A stretch of 63,285 nucleotides of DNA, the filler included, from Bonamia ostreae (Eukaryota): NCBI GenBank assembly GCA_040357525.1. It is 50 parts of 50 records of this genome, joined end to end, with 100 filler letters (N's around TTAATTAATTAA, not from the genome) between each part and the next. Parts side by side here need not be neighbours in the genome. Positions count along the whole stretch, not along the records: positions 49,524 to 50,685 come from JBDODL010002481.1; positions 50,786 to 51,947 come from JBDODL010002482.1; positions 52,048 to 53,208 come from JBDODL010002483.1; positions 53,309 to 54,469 come from JBDODL010002484.1; positions 54,570 to 55,729 come from JBDODL010002485.1; positions 55,830 to 56,989 come from JBDODL010002486.1; positions 57,090 to 58,249 come from JBDODL010002487.1; positions 58,350 to 59,508 come from JBDODL010002488.1; 42 more parts are not named here. One strand, given 5' to 3'. Both the position numbers and the translations under genes were made by a program. The stretch's first letter is position 1. Every line of letters starts with the position of its first letter. Positions 50,476-63,285 of the stretch are shown piece by piece. The notes under the pieces are model-generated. The model worked only from the letters and a program-made list of their open reading frames with translations. It was not told the DNA's origin and did no database searches.

Positions 50476-52230
50476 TTAAAGGCTTTTAGTTTCCGGAGAT
50501 TGTATAATTATTGTTTTGATATAATTATGGTTTTGGATTTAATTATTGTTTTGGATTTAATGATTTTTGTAAAATGGTTAATGACTGAGAGCTGTCATGA
50601 CATTGCTGAACATGTTTCGCTGTTATTTTGAATTAATAAATTTGTAAATCGCAAAAAAGGATATTTCCAAATCGCAATTTTGGTTNNNNNNNNNNNNNNN
50701 NNNNNNNNNNNNNNNNNNNNNNNNNNNNNTTAATTAATTAANNNNNNNNNNNNNNNNNNNNNNNNNNNNNNNNNNNNNNNNNNNNTATTGATAAAAGGAT
50801 GGATTGAAGAAAATGAAAATGGTTAAGACCTTACACATAAACAATCTTTACAGATACTAAACAACAGAAAATTGATACGTTAAATGTATAGTTTACGTAT
50901 AATAAACATGAAATGATTGATAATATAATGTTTCCCACTGAGTGTGCGAATCGTCTGTCACAGTTCGGTCAATACTATGCTAACATAAGATACTTGATAT
51001 GTACTTATTTAATCGAAATAGAATTTATATTTACTTTGATACACATGCGTAGCGTTTATGATATGCTATATGTTATAAACATCTTAAAAACGTCTACATA
51101 TGAATGAAACATTCTCGAGAGGGCCGTTNNNNNNNNNNGATGTGTCACTTTGTTGGACATATCGGGATATACATATAACATTTATCTTATTTTTCAAAAA
51201 GTAAAGGAACCATGGACATGATGCAATGACGGTCAAACTCACTCTAGATATGGCTTATATTGCTTTGAATTTTATATAGTTTGGACACATCCCCTGAGAG
51301 ACGCGCCGTATAACTTACAACATGCGTTGTAGATATTCTCGCCGCTGAAGAAACTAAACTTGAAAATTAATTTGTGTAAAGAACTTTCAACTTATTCAAC
51401 TTCCATTTGAGGTTCACTAATCCACTAGTCATCTGACCTGTGATTCTTGGGGAAGGAATAGGTAAATTATCAACACAATTCATGTGCATGTAAGGTAGGT
51501 CAATTTTTGACTTGAGAAAACGAAGTAATCTTATTATACAATCATGTTTTCTATATTATGTATAACAAGGAATAGTAGATTGAGTGTTTGATTTTCTCAT
51601 CATATTTAAACAAATTAATTTAAGCCCCTAAGTCAATAAGAGATAACAAAAACACACATGCATGTATTTTACGTATCTTCGTCAGTCTGCGGCACTTCCT
51701 ATGGTAGGATGAACCACGAAATAATTTATAAAGATGTCACATTATCCTCCGCATTTTGGATATAGTTCTATGGGAAAATTCCTTTGAAGTACTAGAAATA
51801 TTTTTGTGTGTATTTGGTGTGTTCACAGCACATAAGATTTATAAATGATACATGTACATGCTAATTATTAAATGCATATTGGTTACAGGGCTATTGGGTA
51901 ATTTCTTTTGCAATCATTTCTGTGCATTGATTGGACGAAAGGTGAAGNNNNNNNNNNNNNNNNNNNNNNNNNNNNNNNNNNNNNNNNNNNNTTAATTAAT
52001 TAANNNNNNNNNNNNNNNNNNNNNNNNNNNNNNNNNNNNNNNNNNNNTTTAAAAAAATTAGCCGGTAATGCCGTTTGAAGAATGTTTATATAGTTTAATT
52101 GCAATCGCTGCAATGAATGTTATTTTGGGGATTGGGACTATTATTTTGTTTGTTCAAAGATTGAAGAAAGTAAAAAATAATTAATTTTTGGAATTTTTTT
52201 TGTACAAGAAATTTTGAAATTTACAAAAAT

Positions 52231-53166
52231 TTAAAGTCGAATGCTTTTGACGACATTTTCTTTGATTCCGGTCATTTCGCCGATGTAACTTTTTTTCAAC
52301 GGTTTGTATTCTGGTCTCATCCCTTTAACTCTTATTTGTTTCCGACGCCATTTTTCGCGTGTTTTCGTTCTGGCATTTTTAAATTTTTTGCTGCGATATC
52401 TTTTCAATCCTTCATTTTTGCGCATTTTTTCAGTGATTTTTCTTCGTTTTCGATCATTTTCTTCGGAATTTTCGGTTTGCGAAAATTTTCTTTGGTTGCT
52501 TTCTTCATCCAAATTAATGTCATTGACGTTTTTTGAGTTTTCGTCGGAAATTTGGTTTTTCTGTTTTGTCTCGTTTCGGAGATTGTCAAAAAAATTTTTA
52601 TCGATTATATCAATTTTCGGGTTTATCTGTTTTAACAGATAATCCGAAATTCCGATTTTACCGCCAATTTTTCTATTCTTGAAAATATCATTTTCGGGCT
52701 TTCCTAATTTTTTGAGCTTTTCGAATATTGTTTCATCTTTTTCATCCTTTTTCGATATTTGTTTGTTGTTTTTGAGAACAGATTTATCAAAATTTCCAGA
52801 AGCCATTTTTCCCAAAATAAAATTTTGTGTTTCTTCATCATCGACAAAATCGTCTTCGCTTAATTTTTCATATTCCATTTTTCGCAGCATTTCGACTTCA
52901 TCTTCTTCTTCTTTTAATTTGTCTTCATCTGAAGTAATCAAATCGTCTTCTTCGTAATATAGACTTTTTTTCCTTCCCCACAAATCCTCTCTGTTTTTGG
53001 TTTTTGGAATGTTTTCGTTTACAGAGAAATCTTGATATTCGTCGCTTTCTGAATCTTGTGACTTTTTTCAATATTTTTAATAAATTTTTGCAAATTTAAG
53101 GGGAACATCAATGTAATTGTTGAAGTTCTGTGCATTGTTCTGATCAATTTCTTCCGATTCACTCAT
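52231..53166 (-). CDS. UTP3: SSU processome component Sas10/Utp3, complete (about 296 aa)
   Basis: WGRKKSLYY motif and C-terminal RKITEKMRKNEGL..YIGEMTGIKENVVKSIRL; ATG at 53166, 45-nt intron 53062-53106. Confidence 0.92.
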
Positions 53167-53322
53167 TTTAAGAGCTTTAATTCTTATATATTTGCTATAT
53201 TTTTAAAANNNNNNNNNNNNNNNNNNNNNNNNNNNNNNNNNNNNNNNNNNNNTTAATTAATTAANNNNNNNNNNNNNNNNNNNNNNNNNNNNNNNNNNNN
53301 NNNNNNNNTTAATAAAATTTAG

Positions 53323-53708
53323 GTTTGGTTGATGCCATAAAGTACTCGATCTATGCAAGTCTCATCCCTAAAAACCACGAGGGAAAATATATGGGACTGT
53401 TCTTTTTCGGCAACCGATTAATGGACTTTTTTGTTTCTTCAAAATTTTTTTGTTTCGTCGATAAAATTAAATTTTGTAAATAAAAATTGCTCATTTTTGC
53501 GAGTTTTGATGATATTTGTTAAAAGGCAAATTTGATGATATTGTTGCTGCTTCGAGTCTTCAAAATAGAAACAGTGATATCGATGACGAGCATTCTGTTC
53601 TTCTCGTCTTTTTCTATTTTAGCCGTCATTGTCTTCAAAGGAGTCGAAAACAGTCCAGAGGACTCGGTGGAAGTCTCTCAAAGTGAGATTGATTTAAGCG
53701 CGTCTTAA
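53323..53708 (+). CDS. MFS transporter (ATG22/UMF1-like), 3' exons
   Basis: YSIYASLIPKNHEGKYMGLF then a TM exon to TAA. Confidence 0.55.
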
Positions 53709-55829
53709 TATTAAATTCAATATTTAATTTATGTCAATTTTTCTTTTTTTTGTTCGTTTGTTCAAATGACAATTTTTCTTTTTATTGTTATTTTGTCTTC
53801 ACGCGATTTATTAATGGCGTCCAATAAGCTTTTCATTAAGCAAGATTTTAGCCGAACTTTTTCCAGTTGAAATCGTTTATAAATCGTTAGATGGGACATC
53901 TGTCAAATATCATTAATAAAATTTTTTACGAACTGTAAAAAATGGCAATAATAAAATCAACAAATGCATCAAAAAAGATATTTTCCAATTATAAATGGTT
54001 AATAGCTCTGTACAAGATATTGGCAGAGATATGGTCATCGACAAAAATCGTGGTCGTTAGTTGCCGATTTTAAAGACATAATATGAATAGTAGAAAGCAA
54101 TCGATTTTTAAGAGATAATGTACCCGTCTACAGATACGAAAATATAGAAAACAATGTCTTACATTGTTGAAAACGATGAAAAGAATTCAAATCAGACGAC
54201 GAAAAAGATATTTGAAAGATTGATTATTAAAATAACAAAGATATTTGAAAAAGATATTAAAAGATGACAAAATTGAACGACAACGCACTTCAGAATAAAT
54301 AGCATCGCGATTTCGAACGAAAAATAAAATTAAAAATTTTTAAATAGTGATTCTCTCCAACTTTTAAAACTCCCAAAATCAACAAATTAAAAAAATCCTC
54401 GAAATGAATGTAAAATTAATCAAAAAATCGGCAAAAATGGGACGTTAATTTGTAAATAATCCAGTGGGANNNNNNNNNNNNNNNNNNNNNNNNNNNNNNN
54501 NNNNNNNNNNNNNTTAATTAATTAANNNNNNNNNNNNNNNNNNNNNNNNNNNNNNNNNNNNNNNNNNNNGTCAATGAAATATACAGGTATGAAGCAGATG
54601 TTGAAGATTATGTGGTGTCTTATTTCGAGTACGTTGGGATATATCTAATCGACATAGTTTACATACTTTGCCTCCCACTATTTGTGACGACGATATTAAT
54701 GAGATATACCCCATCTAATTTTAGAGTAGCAGTGATAGAGTGTGAGAAGGTAGATGTAATATTTAAGGTTTCAAGTGAAAAATTCATTCCATGTAGGGAC
54801 CCATCCACATTACTATTTGAGAAATTGAAGTCAAGAAGGGTGGGGGTTGAAGCAGTTTGAGTTGAGAAATACCGCCCCCAACATACACGTATACGATTTA
54901 GGGTTTTGAATGTCGGACAAAAGGATCATTTTTGGTTTTTATTGTTTTCTCCATGCAACTTTAAAAAATATAAGTGATTTTAGCAAGGGGCTCTAAGAGG
55001 TTAAATCTGCAGTTTGGCCATGTCTCCTCTTTCAATAAACCTTCTTAATTAAAATGTTTATCGGCCTGTGTATGTATAACTGGCATATTTCATGCAAATG
55101 GGAAAATATTTTTTCGCCATGACAGAACTAGTGGCATTCAGCTAATGCGGGTATTTGAAATTACTACAAGTGTTTGATTTCTAGCAAAATGTGTGAAATA
55201 TATGTGGTCGGCGAAATGCAGATCTAGGGAACGTGTTGATAACCGAAAATAGCATATTCCATGCAAATGCAAATGGTTTTCGCCACAACTGATTTGGGTA
55301 TTTGAATGTTTGATTAGCAATAAACGTGAAATATATTGGGTTGGCACAGTAACATATCTCGTTCATGTGTATCTTGCGCCGACACATTTTCACACATTTT
55401 GCAAGAAGTAAAACATTTAATCATGACTTAGTTCCATTGTGGCAAAGGCCATGGGAATTTGCATGGAATATATTAGTTATACATAGATCATCGTTTTATC
55501 CAGACATTCCCGATTAACAAATTGTGATGAAAATATCTATCAAAGTATATAACTCCCGGTTAAATGTATGATCTTTCAAAAAAAAATGATGGTTTGTATT
55601 TTGCTTTCTATTGATATATGTTATAACTAATTCCAATTTGTTAATCATCGACATATCAAATAAAGTTGATTTGACTAGATGCATACAGAAATTTTATAAT
55701 GAGGAAATACTGTACCTTAAACACAGCTGNNNNNNNNNNNNNNNNNNNNNNNNNNNNNNNNNNNNNNNNNNNNTTAATTAATTAANNNNNNNNNNNNNNN
55801 NNNNNNNNNNNNNNNNNNNNNNNNNNNNN

Positions 55830-56775
55830 AAAAATCCAAACCGATAAAATGCAAATATGGCGATTCTTGTTACAATAAACATACTTGTATGTTCTATCAC
55901 GAAGGATATTCGAAAGTTTTTTGCTGTTTTCGAAAATTAATTGCAAATTTTAAATCGATGAAAAACAGAATTTTTGTAAAAATTTTAAAAAAGGTAAAAA
56001 TCGATTGCAAATTTGGCAAATTTTGCACTCGCAAAGATTGCTTTTATTTCCATCCAGGCGAAATAATAGATGAAAGATCTTTGTACTCTTCAAAAAACAT
56101 TGTTAATCTTTTGTTATCTCCTGAAAATTTAAACCTCGAAAACAAAGATTTAAAAGTGCAAACAAAATTTAACAATTTTGAAAAATATTTCGTATTGACA
56201 GTTGAAAACCATTTTTCAGAATATCTACAATTTATTAAAGAAATTGAACCGAAAAATGTCAAAGCTGTTTGTTACAAAGATAAAAATCACTATTTTTTGA
56301 GTTTTCAAAATGCAGAATTGAACGATTCAGGTTAATTTTTACGGTCAAAATTGTTTTTTGGTGAATTATTTTAAAACGGAGTTGAAATTTTTGTTATTTG
56401 TGAGATTGGTTCAATTTTCATTCAGATAAAAATTTAGAAAACAACTTCTCGTTATTGAAACACGGAAAAACATTCCATTTCATTTTAAAATATTGCGAAG
56501 AAAATAAAAGATTTACGGTTTATTCAAAGCACTCAAAACAAATTTTCAATTCTGTAAATAAAAATTCTAGAAAGAAAGTTAATCTCAGGTTTTATGGATA
56601 CGCCGGAAATTTTTCCTCAAATCTATTTTCGATTTGCAAATTTTACGAAAAAAATAAAGATGAAACTTGTCAAAAATATGAAAAATTTTTAATGAATCCG
56701 GAATTCAATTTTAAAGGGAATTACAAATCTGATGATTTTGTTTATGATGAAAATTGTAATACCACTCAAGTTTAG
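55830..56775 (+). CDS. CCCH zinc-finger protein, 3' part (protist)
   Basis: CKYGDSCYNKHTCMFYH and CKFGKFCTRKDCFYFHP fingers separated by a probable intron. Confidence 0.65.
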
Positions 56776-56989
56776 AAATTTTATTTTTCTAATCAATTTT
56801 TGTCGTCTTTAAAAATTGTTTTATTTTTCTAATCAATTTTTGTCGACTTTAAAATATTAGAAATTTTATTTTTAATCAATTTTTGTCGTCTTTAAAAATT
56901 ATTTTATTTTTCTAATCAATTTTTTTCATCTTTAAAAATATTAGAAATTTTATTTTTAATCAATTTTTGTCGTCTTTAAAAATTATTTT
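56773..56989. repeat. Tandem repeat of about 40-43 bp
   Basis: TTTTATTTTT(CT)AATCAATTTTTGTCGTCTTTAAAA repeated about 5 times. Confidence 0.85.
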
Positions 56990-57089
56990 NNNNNNNNNNN
57001 NNNNNNNNNNNNNNNNNNNNNNNNNNNNNNNNNTTAATTAATTAANNNNNNNNNNNNNNNNNNNNNNNNNNNNNNNNNNNNNNNNNNNN

Positions 57090-58249
57090 TGGAAATAGAC
57101 TAAAAAACCATATGATGAACATGAGTCGGAATGAAGGTGAGTTATAGATATATCGGCTAATCCAGTTACACAACTTGTTGCAATAATTACAATTTACATC
57201 ATCTTCAGAATGTCTGGAAAACAAAACTTTCAAGGCAAATCTTAGTAAACCATAAGGTCGGTCCCCTTCCTTATAGTTAAAGGATAATTCTACCCCCTTC
57301 ATGTCTTCATTTTCTCTCTCTCGGCTTGACTCGTTGGTCTCCTCTTCTTTCTGCACATCCTGGTGGTCAGATTCCCTTTTGCCAATTTCCAAAATTACAA
57401 ATATCCAAACAAATTGAAGCGACAAGAAAAAGGATATAAATGGAGCGACAAGAGGAAAGTCATCCTTTTTCAGATATATGGGCTTTCCACCTTTGGAAGG
57501 ATCCCTAGTGCAATTCAAGTCATATCCGATCCATATCGTTGTTAAATAATATGTGATATTTCTGAATTTACTGGTTTCGAATTGTCTATTGCATAAGATA
57601 TAGGTAGTAAAATTGGCTAACATTTCTTTCCAGAGTAATGTATGCATAGCATCAATAATGAGATGCTTATTATCATCGGTAATTTCACAATTGGAATCGT
57701 TCATATTTAAAGATACATGTATATCTGGTAAAACTCTCTCCTCCTTGTCTACCATGAGCAGGTTAAATGTAATGAGGTCAAAATCCACTGGTAATTGTGC
57801 AAGAAATGTTTCTTTCTTCTGAACGAATTGCCAGTGAAGGAAGTCATTTCTAAATTTATATGGCTCTTTCAAATTCTTTGTTAATTCATCGAAAGAAGGA
57901 TAATTCAAATGGATTTGAAAGAGGAAACCATGGCCTTCCTCACTGCGATCAGAATCTATTTGTTCTCTTGCTTTTTTCACATCATTTTTGTCTAATTTAA
58001 AGACCGGGATACATATGATTGATGCATTCCCTTGCGCGTTGTGTGGATTTCTAAACTTTCCAGTAATATCAGGATTTAAGTTTTTGCTATGTAAATGCGA
58101 TTCCCTTTTTAAGATTCTTTTTTGCAATGGATGAACTTTGATATCATCTTCAGACTTAACAAATTCTTCCTCTGTGTGAAATTTCCAATTTTGTCCAAAC
58201 GTTTGAACCATAAGCAGTAAACTAATTGCCATTACGACTAGGAGAATAA
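57090..58249 (-). CDS. Host uncharacterised membrane protein, large exon
   Basis: Whole contig open; signal-like N-terminal segment and TM helices. Confidence 0.65.
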
Positions 58250-60955
58250 NNNNNNNNNNNNNNNNNNNNNNNNNNNNNNNNNNNNNNNNNNNNTTAATTA
58301 ATTAANNNNNNNNNNNNNNNNNNNNNNNNNNNNNNNNNNNNNNNNNNNNTACAAAACTTGAACACCCCAATATACTGTTGGTTAAGAATGCTACATTTAT
58401 TCCATCATGTATATTGATTTAATATCTGATTCAGTCTTTCCATCAAACAATGCTAGAAGGCATGTCAGACAAGATTCTTTTACAAGGACACTAACCGATT
58501 ATATGTGGAAAAAAAAAAAAAAAAAACGTTCTTAGAAGATACTTTTCTGTTTTCATATTATTTTTTATTTCGTCGCATTTTACTCTAATGAGCGTTTACC
58601 GGGTAGGTCTTTTCATGCAGATATTTGAAGCCCAATTTCAGGCAGTACTTACGTCTTAAATTATTTAGGGATATAATACAGCATGTTTTCCTTTGGCATT
58701 TTTGCCATTGTCTTGATACATGTACATACGTTTAATAATTCAATAACACAGCAATGAAGTCTAACAGGTTTTGGTTAATTCATCTCTTCATGACGTGAGG
58801 ATATACATTACACATACTACATTAGTAAATAGTTCTATTGTCTAAACAGTTTTCATATAATATCATTTGTGATCCAAATTTATAGTTCGTAAGCTATTGA
58901 TTAAGCATACATTATCACAAGTGAAGTAAAAGATGCAATTGATCATAACTTTTTTATTTGAAGAACAATACCTCGATTTTGAATCCTTCTTGAATGTTCT
59001 GTTCCCTTCTTACGAATTTTCGATAAAACTTGATACTTCTCGACTGAAAGTATAATAGATCAGTTATGTTGGGATTAAAGTGAAGGAAGTATATCATTCC
59101 TTAGAAATGTAACAGATGTGTACTTCTATATGTCGAATGCGTGTAATAAGTATTTTACAAAATGAAGTTGAATTATCTGCGTAATTAAAAAATAGTCTTG
59201 ATTGAGAATTATCCAGTACCCATTATCAAATACATGTATTTCATATGTTCTCTGATTGTGACACATTGAATGGTATATCGATGAAAATGATCTCAAAGTT
59301 AAAGGCTAGATTGATATTCTTACGTTAGCATTATATGATATTAAGTGCTAATAAGTTTGCATTGATATTAAAACGCATTCAAATAACACCTTGCTATTCA
59401 GTTTGTTACATTTCAGTTTTTGACCAGAAATTTCCTCATTATAGCATCTTTACACACTAATTAGAAACATTTTTTTGGCAATCAGAATAAGATACCCAAT
59501 AAAGTTATNNNNNNNNNNNNNNNNNNNNNNNNNNNNNNNNNNNNNNNNNNNNTTAATTAATTAANNNNNNNNNNNNNNNNNNNNNNNNNNNNNNNNNNNN
59601 NNNNNNNNGTTTTTTTTTTCTCCTCATTGTCAACAAACTCAGTCATGTAAGTACATTTACTACCGTAGCCGTAACATTTAGTGAAACGGTCGTTCGTGTA
59701 CGTGCTAACCTTTACGTCGTTTACAAATTATGATCAGTTATTGAAACAGACAACCAAACGGCCAATCTGGCAATGACCCCGTAAGCTTAATTTAATCAAA
59801 CTTCTTTTGTGATCTGCTTTTAAACCACTTTTTTTCGAGCTAGTGGCGATACTTTTCGATCACCGGGACTTGACGTTTTCCCTGTAAACAAACTTTTGAA
59901 GTGAATAGTTTAATTACAGAGAGACAGGTTATTTGTTCTTTAACAAATGACGTGTCCGCTTCTTGGTCAGGGCAGACGACTTCATTGCCACACATGACGC
60001 TCATTTTCACTTACTCACCTCCAAAATACAAGCAATGCGGTCATTTTGTACGAACTTAGCAGCTATCTTTGAAAACGTAAGACAGTATAAGGTTTAAGAT
60101 AAAAACTAATCTTAACTCTAAGCGATTTGTGTGTGATCCACTTGAAGACCACTCTCAATATTCAAGTGCAACTTTATTGACAATCTCAAAGTTTGAAACT
60201 GCTTCATGATCCCGAAGCCAAGGCCTCTAATGGACTTTTGTACTTTCAAATGATACAATTTGTGCTTCTTTATCAGCCAACCATTTTGTGTTGTATTCTT
60301 ATAAAGAAGAAATTATTTAAAAAAAAACAACAACATATTCATGAAAATAAAAAAAAATCCTACCAAGGTCTTCAACTCGGCATTTGCATTATGGATTATG
60401 AGATTGATCACTGTTTGTTGTCTTCACCTTGCATGGATCTGCTATGTAAAAATGGGATGTCTTTAACTGCTCGGTCGTTAACTTCCAAATTAATGTTGCC
60501 ATATTCTATTGTCACCTGCATATGATATGTATGTCTCTAAGCTGATTCGATGCACGATAGCATATTTTGAATGTATAGTTTTTAATCACTGGTCATTGAA
60601 AAATAAGTTGATGTCATAGACTTTTTAACAGCCTCGTTTAAAGAAAGCAGTTCGCAAATCCATGTTCTTAATGAATGGATATCAATTGCAAAGTCGCTGA
60701 GGGGCGTATCTAATGATATTACAAGGATGATTAGCTGATGAATTTTCAAAGACTTAAAAATTCATTTNNNNNNNNNNNNNNNNNNNNNNNNNNNNNNNNN
60801 NNNNNNNNNNNTTAATTAATTAANNNNNNNNNNNNNNNNNNNNNNNNNNNNNNNNNNNNNNNNNNNNTTTTTAAATAACAAAAAACATTTGTTGCGATTT
60901 TTTATCGATAAATTAAATTTTACAGAGAATTTAAGTTGAAAAAGTCCTAATCAAT

Positions 60956-61975
60956 TTACTCATTTGGCGTCTCCTCTTCTCCATCATCATCTTCTTCGAA
61001 GACTTTTGGAGCCAAATAAAATCGCAGAAACCCGAAATCGTCAATTTCATATTCGACTAACAACGGCGTGTTCTCAGAAATGCACAAAGTGACGTCGTTC
61101 GCCAGAGACGATGCTTTAACGAAACTGAGAAGATAACTTAAAGCGTATTTTTGTGACAAAGTCTTTGTATCTTCGTTCATCACAATTTTCATTCTTTTTG
61201 TTGTCCCCTTTTTTAAATTTTTAGAAAAAATTGATTAAAATATTATCGAAAAAAATTATTAAAAAATTGATTAAAAACGATCTAAAAAATTTGAAAAAAT
61301 TATAAAATATTCGAAAAAATATTAAAAACGATCAAAAAAATTTGAATAATAAAAAATTGAAAAAATGATAAAATTTTCGTAAAATTATTAAAAACGATCA
61401 AAAAAAATTGAAAAAAAATTTCGAAAAATTATTAAAAACGATCAAAAAAATTTGAAAAATAAAAAATCGATTATTCAAATAATCAATTTAAAAATGAAAA
61501 AAAATCACTTCATCGCCACTCTGCCTCATCTCGATCTTCCCACTACCAGCCTCGCCCGAAACCTCAAAAACCACTCCTTTCCCGTCGGCCGACAAAGTGA
61601 CCGTCTCATCCAAATTGCTCAAATCCTGACAAACGCGCGCAAAATCGCTCGAATTGATGTTTATGTTACAATCGTAATCTTTTTCTGGAATATTCAGTCT
61701 TTCCGAGTCGATATTTAGTTTTTTGATGTCGAAAGAATATTGTTCTTTGTCGTTTTCCGTCGATTGGATGCAAAAGTTGACGGTGTCAGCAGACTCGTCT
61801 GCGCGCAGCGTCAGAATGTTGTTGTTGTCCAGTCGTCGGAGGATTTTGGAGATCATCCGCGTGTCCACGCCGAGCGAGAAGTTGCGGTCGACGCGGTAGT
61901 GCTCAAAGTTCTCCGCTTTAATGGAAAACGAGACAACGGCGACGTGCGACGAGTCCATCGCTTGGAGATGTATTC
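60956..61975 (-). CDS. PCNA: Proliferating cell nuclear antigen, exons 61509-61975 and 60956-61207
   Basis: GIHLQAMDSSHVAVV..FEHYRVDRNFSLG..YALSYLLSFVKASSL..GFLRFYLAPK; 301-nt repeat-filled intron 61208-61508. Confidence 0.97.
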
Positions 61976-62278
61976 CTTTTGTTGGAATATTATCGCTCCA
62001 TTTTCGTAATTTTGCAAAAGCGAAAANNNNNNNNNNNNNNNNNNNNNNNNNNNNNNNNNNNNNNNNNNNNTTAATTAATTAANNNNNNNNNNNNNNNNNN
62101 NNNNNNNNNNNNNNNNNNNNNNNNNNATTCTTTTGCATGTATGTCTTCTAAATCTGATTTCAAAACTGGCTGGAAGTTTTTCTTTTTGAAAACTGCCCTC
62201 TGTTTAGTTTTCTTGTCTTCTTGTAAGTTTAAACTATTGCTTAAACGATGTCTGAATATAATGATTTTGATTCTTCAA

Positions 62279-62880
62279 GGATGTCAAGCTCGCCATTACG
62301 GACCAAACTGCGATTTCTGTGATGAGAAATGTTTAGATAAACAATGCAACGTTTTTGACGGTTCGTGCATTTATGGTTGTACAAATTCGTCCATGAAACT
62401 TCCACATTGCAACAGTAAGTTTTACAATACAGTATATCTGCTTTTATGATCACTCTAGCTTATATTTGTTGCATTTTTAAAGCCGTATCCCTCTACAGAA
62501 TGCCTTGCTTAGCAGGGTTTAATGCAATACGGTACTTGCGAGGTTGGTCGTTCTTTATAACAGTAACATTATAATAGGGGGATGAATGTCAAAGAACAAA
62601 TTCATTAAGTAAGCTGAATGCTGTAGAACAGTTCACAACATATTTTTGGATTTAAAGGAGTAAGTTAACTTACTTAAACATTTGGAATAAATGTATACAG
62701 ATGATCGTTGATTCCCTGATGTCTGAAATATCGATTAAACATAGTTTCAGATTGTCTAGATGGTTATTTCGGCATCCCATGTAGGAAATGTGGTAAGTGC
62801 TTAAACCAAGCACCATGTAATAAGATTACTGGAGAATGTCAGAGATGTAAAAAACACTGGAAATCACCACACTGTTCTGT
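62279..62880 (+). CDS. MEGF/laminin-EGF repeat protein exons (host)
   Basis: CQARHYGPNCDFCDEKCLDKQCNVFDGSCIYGC and CLDGYFGIPCRKCGKCLNQAPCNKITGEC. Confidence 0.75.
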
Positions 62881-63285
62881 TAAGTCACAAGCTTTCTACT
62901 TTTAATTTCAGCATCATTACATTTTAAATTATTATTTTTTTAATTTTTTTTTTTTTATTTTTTAATTTAGTGAGCAACATAAGGTAACTAGAGTGATTCC
63001 TCAAATAATGTTATTTCATTTACATGCCATGTAGATTTTCAAAAATCGACAAACTGTTCCGAAAACATAAAAAAACCGAACTGAGTGTATGTCTTTTAAA
63101 GACATACATACATGTGTAAATACTTATATATGAATAGAAAATATGTTTATGTTTTTATAAATGCGTGCAAATACGCATGCATGTTCATATATGTATGTTT
63201 AGAAATCCAAACAACATACTTATATATGCACATGCATGTACACATACAAATACAAATACATTCAACCGTCCAAATATACATACAT

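Overview
This window is not a continuous chromosome. It is an artificial concatenation of about 50 unrelated short contigs (about 1176 bp falling to about 1158 bp, sorted by length). Each join is a 100-nt N44-TTAATTAATTAA-N44 linker with stops in all six frames. At least three sources are mixed. (1) A bivalve, oyster-like host contributes B-box/TRIM, MEGF10-like and dynamin-like gene fragments and abundant SINE-type repeats. (2) An AT-rich, gene-dense protist, inferred to be an ascetosporean/haplosporidian oyster parasite such as Bonamia, contributes COQ2, RPN2, THP3/LENG8, PPR, ERD2, RPS27, COPB2, XPO7, PanK, USP39, COG4, SAS10, PCNA, an eIF2-alpha kinase, tRNA-Gln and a complete SRP (7SL) RNA. 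(3) Two contigs look like intronless phage or bacterial DNA. The main signal is the protist's splicing architecture: many 18-35 nt GT-AG introns, mostly with GTT donors and often A-rich acceptors, some in-frame and stop-free, alongside longer introns filled with tandem repeats. Also notable are an SRP RNA not shown in the ORF track, an unidentified structured RNA next to it, a decayed Merlin transposase, and two secreted Cys-rich orphan proteins. All family and taxon calls are from recall of motifs; no searches were run.
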